Positions 59,270-64,000 of a stretch of 64,000 nt of DNA are shown piece by piece (positions within the stretch are counted from its first letter, which is position 1; each line of letters starts with the position of its first letter). The stretch is from assembly GCA_001599295.1 (NCBI GenBank), contig BCGN01000003.1, positions 930,001 through 994,000 of the forward strand, read 5' to 3'. A model generated the notes under the pieces. That model made no database searches and was not told where the DNA came from. It saw only the letters and a program-made list of their open reading frames with translations. Source of the stretch: Sporopachydermia quercuum. Lineage: Eukaryota. Made by a program: the position numbers and the translations under genes.

Positions 59270-60046
59270 ATGTCGCAGCTAGATGAAACATCACCAATTT
59301 CGAACAGGGTTTATCCTTTACATGAAGCCATCATTAACGGAAACTTACAACTTGCGAAATCTCTTATTGCCAGCGACCCTTCCTTAGTAAACACTAAAGA
59401 TGAAGATGATCGAACTCCTTTATTTTGGGCTATTTCTGGACAGAACCCTGAACTAGTTTCCATACTTTTATTTCCTAATAAAATAGCTAGCCCAGATCAG
59501 CAGGAAAAAGCAAAGAAGATAAAAATAGATATTGACCAAACAGATGGATCGTCATGGACTCCTCTACATATGGCAGCCTCTGTCGGAAACCCAGAGATAT
59601 ATTCACTGATAATCAATCATGGTCCTGAACCTGATGTTGATGCTGTTACTTCTACTGGGTTAACGCCATTACACCTTGCGATTTCTAAAGGACATTATGA
59701 TATTGCTTATGATTTGGTAGTTAGAAGGAGATCTTCTGTCAGAAAGAAGGACAGATTACAACAACTACCGTTGCATCGTGCAGCGGCAACGGGCTCTGTT
59801 CCTTTAGTCAGACTTTTGGTGAACGAAGGGAAGAGCCCGATCAATCCTGTAGATAACTCTGGCTGGACACCACTCCATCATGCATTAGCAGAAGGTCATG
59901 GCGATGTTGCAATTGAGCTTGTGAAGCTTGGAGCGGACTATAACCAAACAGATCCTGAAGGTCACAAGCCAATTGATGTGGCAGTTGATGATAAAGTGAA
60001 AAAGTTTTTCATTGCTGGTTGCAGAGAAGAAGGAATCAGCTTATAA
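59270..60046 (+). CDS. NAS6: Ankyrin-repeat proteasome regulatory particle assembly chaperone (gankyrin homolog)
   Basis: 258 aa of tandem ankyrin repeats (YPLHEA, RTPLFWA, WTPLHMA, LTPLHLA, QLPLHRA, WTPLHHALAEGHGDVA). Divergent from PHB2, as in S. cerevisiae. Confidence 0.9.
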   Translation: MSQLDETSPISNRVYPLHEAIINGNLQLAKSLIASDPSLVNTKDEDDRTPLFWAISGQNPELVSILLFPNKIASPDQQEKAKKIKIDIDQTDGSSWTPLHMAASVGNPEIYSLIINHGPEPDVDAVTSTGLTPLHLAISKGHYDIAYDLVVRRRSSVRKKDRLQQLPLHRAAATGSVPLVRLLVNEGKSPINPVDNSGWTPLHHALAEGHGDVAIELVKLGADYNQTDPEGHKPIDVAVDDKVKKFFIAGCREEGISL

Positions 60047-60224
60047 TAATCTAAAAGAAAGGAGCCGAGTTGCTTGGCTTTCAATACTACTATCTACTCA
60101 CATAGTCTTTTACACCATTTCTACGATTTTGTGTCCAAGTGTGATATTTATCATCATATTATATCTACTATCCTAGTGGTTAAATTCAAACATAAACTCA
60201 GTATTTAAAAGCATTATGGAGTAT

Positions 60225-61865
60225 TTATTGTTTGATAGCTTGATCAATCACTTTAGCAACTTGAACAACAAGTTCATCGCAGTATCTTGGTGCTACCACT
60301 TGTATAGAGATTGGCGCATTTTCGTAAGTCTTAGGACTGTCATATAATCCATAAACAAACTCATCACGATCATTTCTAGGTGTATATCCTTCTTCTTTCA
60401 AATCATTTTCTAAATCAACCTTACCAGCAGGCATAATCAAACCGGGATAATCAAGTAAATTCCATTGTGCACTGTATCCCCAGTATTTTGAGTTATTGTG
60501 TGTAGGNGCAGATCCGGGAGTGATTGGGCAAATCACCACATCAACACCGCTTTCTTTCCAGTGCTTCAAATACTCATATTGATACTCGTACTTCTTGACA
60601 TTGTAGTCCCATAACTGTGCTTGAGTTAATTCACCAGCACTTTCGCCATGAATCCATTTAGTTAATTCTCTTACAGGTTCACCGCTTTCAGCAATAGATT
60701 CAAGATCCTCTTTGCCACCATCACAATAGTACAAGGCAGAAATGATTTTCCAAGCTTCATCATGTTTCAATGGTGAGAATGGTTTTATTTCCAAATCGAA
60801 ATCTCCTTTGTAAGCTTTCAGCTTATCAACTACTTCCAAGATTGTTCTAATAACAGGTGGATGAGGCTTAACTACACCATCGTCGATCAAGTAGCCAATG
60901 GTGATTTTGGATTTAGGGGGTAAAGGATCTGCTCTCCAAGGAACAGGAGAAATCTTTATATCATGCTTTGCCTGATCTTCAATTAACGTAGACATGAAAA
61001 GGTCAATTGCGTCTACAGATGTAGTCATAGGTCCCGCAGTATATACCACAGCCTCAGCACCTCCCATATGAGCTCTAAAACCTAATGATGAAATTCTACC
61101 AGAGGTAGGCTTGAGACCATAAATACCACAGTTACCTGATGGGACACGGATTGAGCCACCAATATCAGTACCAATTCCCATTGGAGATGCACCCAAGCCA
61201 ATAACCGCCCCTTCACCACCAGATGATCCACCAGAGGTTAAATCACTATTGTATGGATTGGTGGTAATACCATGAACATAAGAATCAGTTTCAATATGCA
61301 TCAGGGTTTGAGGTTGAGTTGTTCTAACGAAAAATAATGCTCCGTGATTTTCCAAGGTTTGCATTAGGACCGGTTGCTCTTCGACTAGGTCTTCTACTCT
61401 GGAGCAGTATCCATAGTTACATTTATGGTCCTTTATAGGACACATTTCTTTAACCGACACAGGTAAACCATGTAAAGCACCTAGAGTTTTACCATTTGCA
61501 GCAAGATACTCATCGCAATATTTTGCCTTCTCGTACGCTTCCTTTGGTAAAAATTCAGTTGCACAGTTGGTCAGCCTATCAGCAAGAATGGCAGCTCTGA
61601 TGTAAGCTCCAGCAACGGCTACCGCACTTAATGCACCTGAGGCCAAATTAGCTAATAGCTCGGTAACTGGAAGTTGAGTAATAGCATAATCGTCTTCAAG
61701 AAGGTATTCTTTCATCAATGGTTTAGTGTTTTTAGGCAAAGGATTAGGTAACTCTGCCAAATGCTTTGAGCCTTCGGGAGAAGGGAAATAAGTTTCAGCC
61801 AAGGCGATGGAATCGGCCAAATCCTTATCAGCAATAGCTCTCAATTCTTTCCAATCTTTACCCAT
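60225..61865 (-). CDS. Amidase (AMD2/amdS-like general amidase)
   Basis: 546 aa with GALHGLPVSVKE and the amidase signature GGSSGGEGAVIGLGASPMGIGTDIGGSIRVPSGNCGIYGLKPT. One ambiguous base (N at 60507). Confidence 0.93.
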   Translation of the reverse strand: MGKDWKELRAIADKDLADSIALAETYFPSPEGSKHLAELPNPLPKNTKPLMKEYLLEDDYAITQLPVTELLANLASGALSAVAVAGAYIRAAILADRLTNCATEFLPKEAYEKAKYCDEYLAANGKTLGALHGLPVSVKEMCPIKDHKCNYGYCSRVEDLVEEQPVLMQTLENHGALFFVRTTQPQTLMHIETDSYVHGITTNPYNSDLTSGGSSGGEGAVIGLGASPMGIGTDIGGSIRVPSGNCGIYGLKPTSGRISSLGFRAHMGGAEAVVYTAGPMTTSVDAIDLFMSTLIEDQAKHDIKISPVPWRADPLPPKSKITIGYLIDDGVVKPHPPVIRTILEVVDKLKAYKGDFDLEIKPFSPLKHDEAWKIISALYYCDGGKEDLESIAESGEPVRELTKWIHGESAGELTQAQLWDYNVKKYEYQYEYLKHWKESGVDVVICPITPGSXPTHNNSKYWGYSAQWNLLDYPGLIMPAGKVDLENDLKEEGYTPRNDRDEFVYGLYDSPKTYENAPISIQVVAPRYCDELVVQVAKVIDQAIKQ

Positions 61866-64000
61866 CCTAGAAACAATTCGAAAAAAAGCAATTAAGCAAA
61901 TAAGTAAATAAATAATTGAAAATCCCTGATGAGTTTGTTGATTCTCGATTCAGTATCAAGGTAGTGAATAATCCAATTCAATTGATCTCAATTGTTAACG
62001 AAGACTCATCTGATACATGGAACTAGGACATGGGGGTATCCTTTAGTTTATATACTTTAACAGAGCAAAATTCGAGGTTCTTCAAGAATTCAAGTTTAGA
62101 AACTTGGTAAGACGTTTCTAAGACGCAATTTCAATTCTTATTTGTTAGAGTCCGATCAAGGTCAATCTACAATAGATCGGTGTCGAAACAGGTATTTAAT
62201 CTTATCAGCATTTAAGTTATCCGACAGTAGTTACCAAAAAGATATTCTTAGAAGCCAAATCTAAATAGAGTTCAGAAAGCTTAAACATAGTGTAATGAGA
62301 GTGATGCAGAAGATAGAACGAGATTTGGGGTTGAGAATTACCGCCCAATAATGAATAGAATAATTCAGCTTCCAATTGAATAATTGAAGTTAAATAGCAA
62401 ACTGTCTGAGTTAGATTGGAATCAGTATATTCCATAAACGTTCTGCTTCTCGCTTGTGGCAGTCAAGTTGAAGTTTACAATCTTTTGCCGAAGTGCTTTC
62501 CCAGTTTGGAATATAGCTACTTTTTAGGCGAACTTTAACCTATCTTGTCAAAGAAGGCCAGAGGCTGTGACCTTCTACATTTTCTGCTTGGTGATAATGA
62601 ATGAAAAAGGATCGTTTAATTATAATATTACTTTGACGTTTATATCTCTTTTTTGCTGTTTTGAAATCATCTTCTAGAAAAGAGCACTGATGATCATCCT
62701 TATTAGACAGGCAGACTTATTGCAAAGATTTAGAGTTCTAAAATACACTATTCCTTAAATTTAAGTGTATCAGCGGATACCCTAATCGGGAAAATAACGG
62801 TGTTTATTGAAACCTTATCAGTATCCACTTCCATTGCTCTTCTTTGAGATTGATTCTCTGCTTACTGAAAACCGAGAATCAAGATATAAAGAGTTATCAG
62901 CAAAACTGTATTTTTGAATATCTGGTATTTAAAATGTATGAGAAACTAGAGAAATGTGACGGCTGTTAGGGATTCCAATATAAAGTTAATATTATTCCCA
63001 TAATAGGGGTACATATTGGCAAATGGAAGAAGCGCCAATACGATATCGAAACTCCCCTTCTGCCAGATGGATCAATGAACCATCTGAAAACTTTGCTTCT
63101 CCCGACCAAATGATGATGCTTTTCTGATCTTACGTTTTTCAAGTGACAATCTACTGTATCCAATAGAATTCCAGACTAATATGTGAGGACAGTAAATCAT
63201 TACTAATGGGATAGGCACTTACTTGTGAATTGACACAGCACCTTCAGACTCTCAGCAACCTAGTTCAACCCATTTTGTACTCCTATAAATAATTTCTTGA
63301 TTAATTATCTTCCAACCATTCCAAGAAAACATACAAGAAGACCATCCAAAGCTGCATCGCTAATATGCTGACATGACAATTCATGGTAGGAATATTGCTG
63401 CAACCTCATCCTGAAAACCTTTTTATCTTTCATTCAATTTCACTTCTCATCCCAACCTTATTTCCAACCTTGCATAATTATCACATCAACTCGCATATCT
63501 GATCTCTTCCTTTTAGCATTACATAATCAGTTTATTTTTTTCTCATTTCAGATCGTAAATGTAAACACAAACAATATCACCGTTTCATTCTAGTGTTTAC
63601 AAAAATAAAACAATTGTCCACCCGGTACTAATCACCAGTTGTTCAACAAGGTAAAACTAATTATCTTTGTATCATACCTCTGACAGCACCTTTTTTACAC
63701 TTTTATACCACCCTACCCATCTTCTACAGCATAAGCTGTTACATACCAGAAGCTCATCTCTCAAAACACCACCAATGCTTAGGAGATCCACTTCGTCCAA
63801 ATCTCTAAACAAGCTTGCTCAAGGTATACCTATGTAAGTTGAATGGAAATCTAATTGTCCATTAAGACTGTTTGTGTTTACTTCGTACCCTCTTAGTTTC
63901 TCTAATTATTATAGCTTACTAACAGCTGTTTTACTGGCAGGTGGGACTCTTCTGATCCTTCGCGAAATCCACCGCCAATACCTCCAAATCCTAACTCGAA

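Noticed and set aside
63387..63395. ATATTCCTA (snR30 m1 motif) on the minus strand
   Set aside because: No downstream AAACCAT m2 motif or matching stem/ACA box, and the same 9-mer occurs by chance near 2605.

Overview
This is eukaryotic nuclear DNA from an ascomycete yeast: AT-rich, with short spliceosomal introns (GTAAGT/GTATGT/GTGAGT donors, CTAAC-type branch points) and CTG read as Leu. It most likely comes from an early-diverging, non-CUG Saccharomycotina lineage. I can support 18 protein-coding genes: an amidase truncated by the window edge, PDC, AIM24, a MedA/Medusa-domain regulator, AMD1, ECM3, an orphan membrane protein, RPS7 (1 intron), RPO31, an orphan Zn-ribbon-like protein, a divergent derlin, BTS1 (3 introns), ALG6, a btgC-like GH17 glucanase (2 introns), a Yvc1-related TRP-type channel, ARF1 (5'UTR intron), PHB2 (1 intron) and NAS6, plus a second amidase (19 in total). 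I found no tRNA, rRNA, CRISPR array or intact mobile element. The most notable observation is a filamentous-fungus-type developmental regulator (MedA) between ~4.6 kb and ~8.8 kb gene-free regions, with a probable spliced, uORF-containing leader. Also notable are long-range nested stems in the RPS7 and ARF1 introns, an exact 15-bp Cbf1-type motif shared by the promoters of two mitochondrial inner-membrane genes, and several genes typical of filamentous ascomycetes. I cannot demonstrate a wholly new system from the sequence alone.
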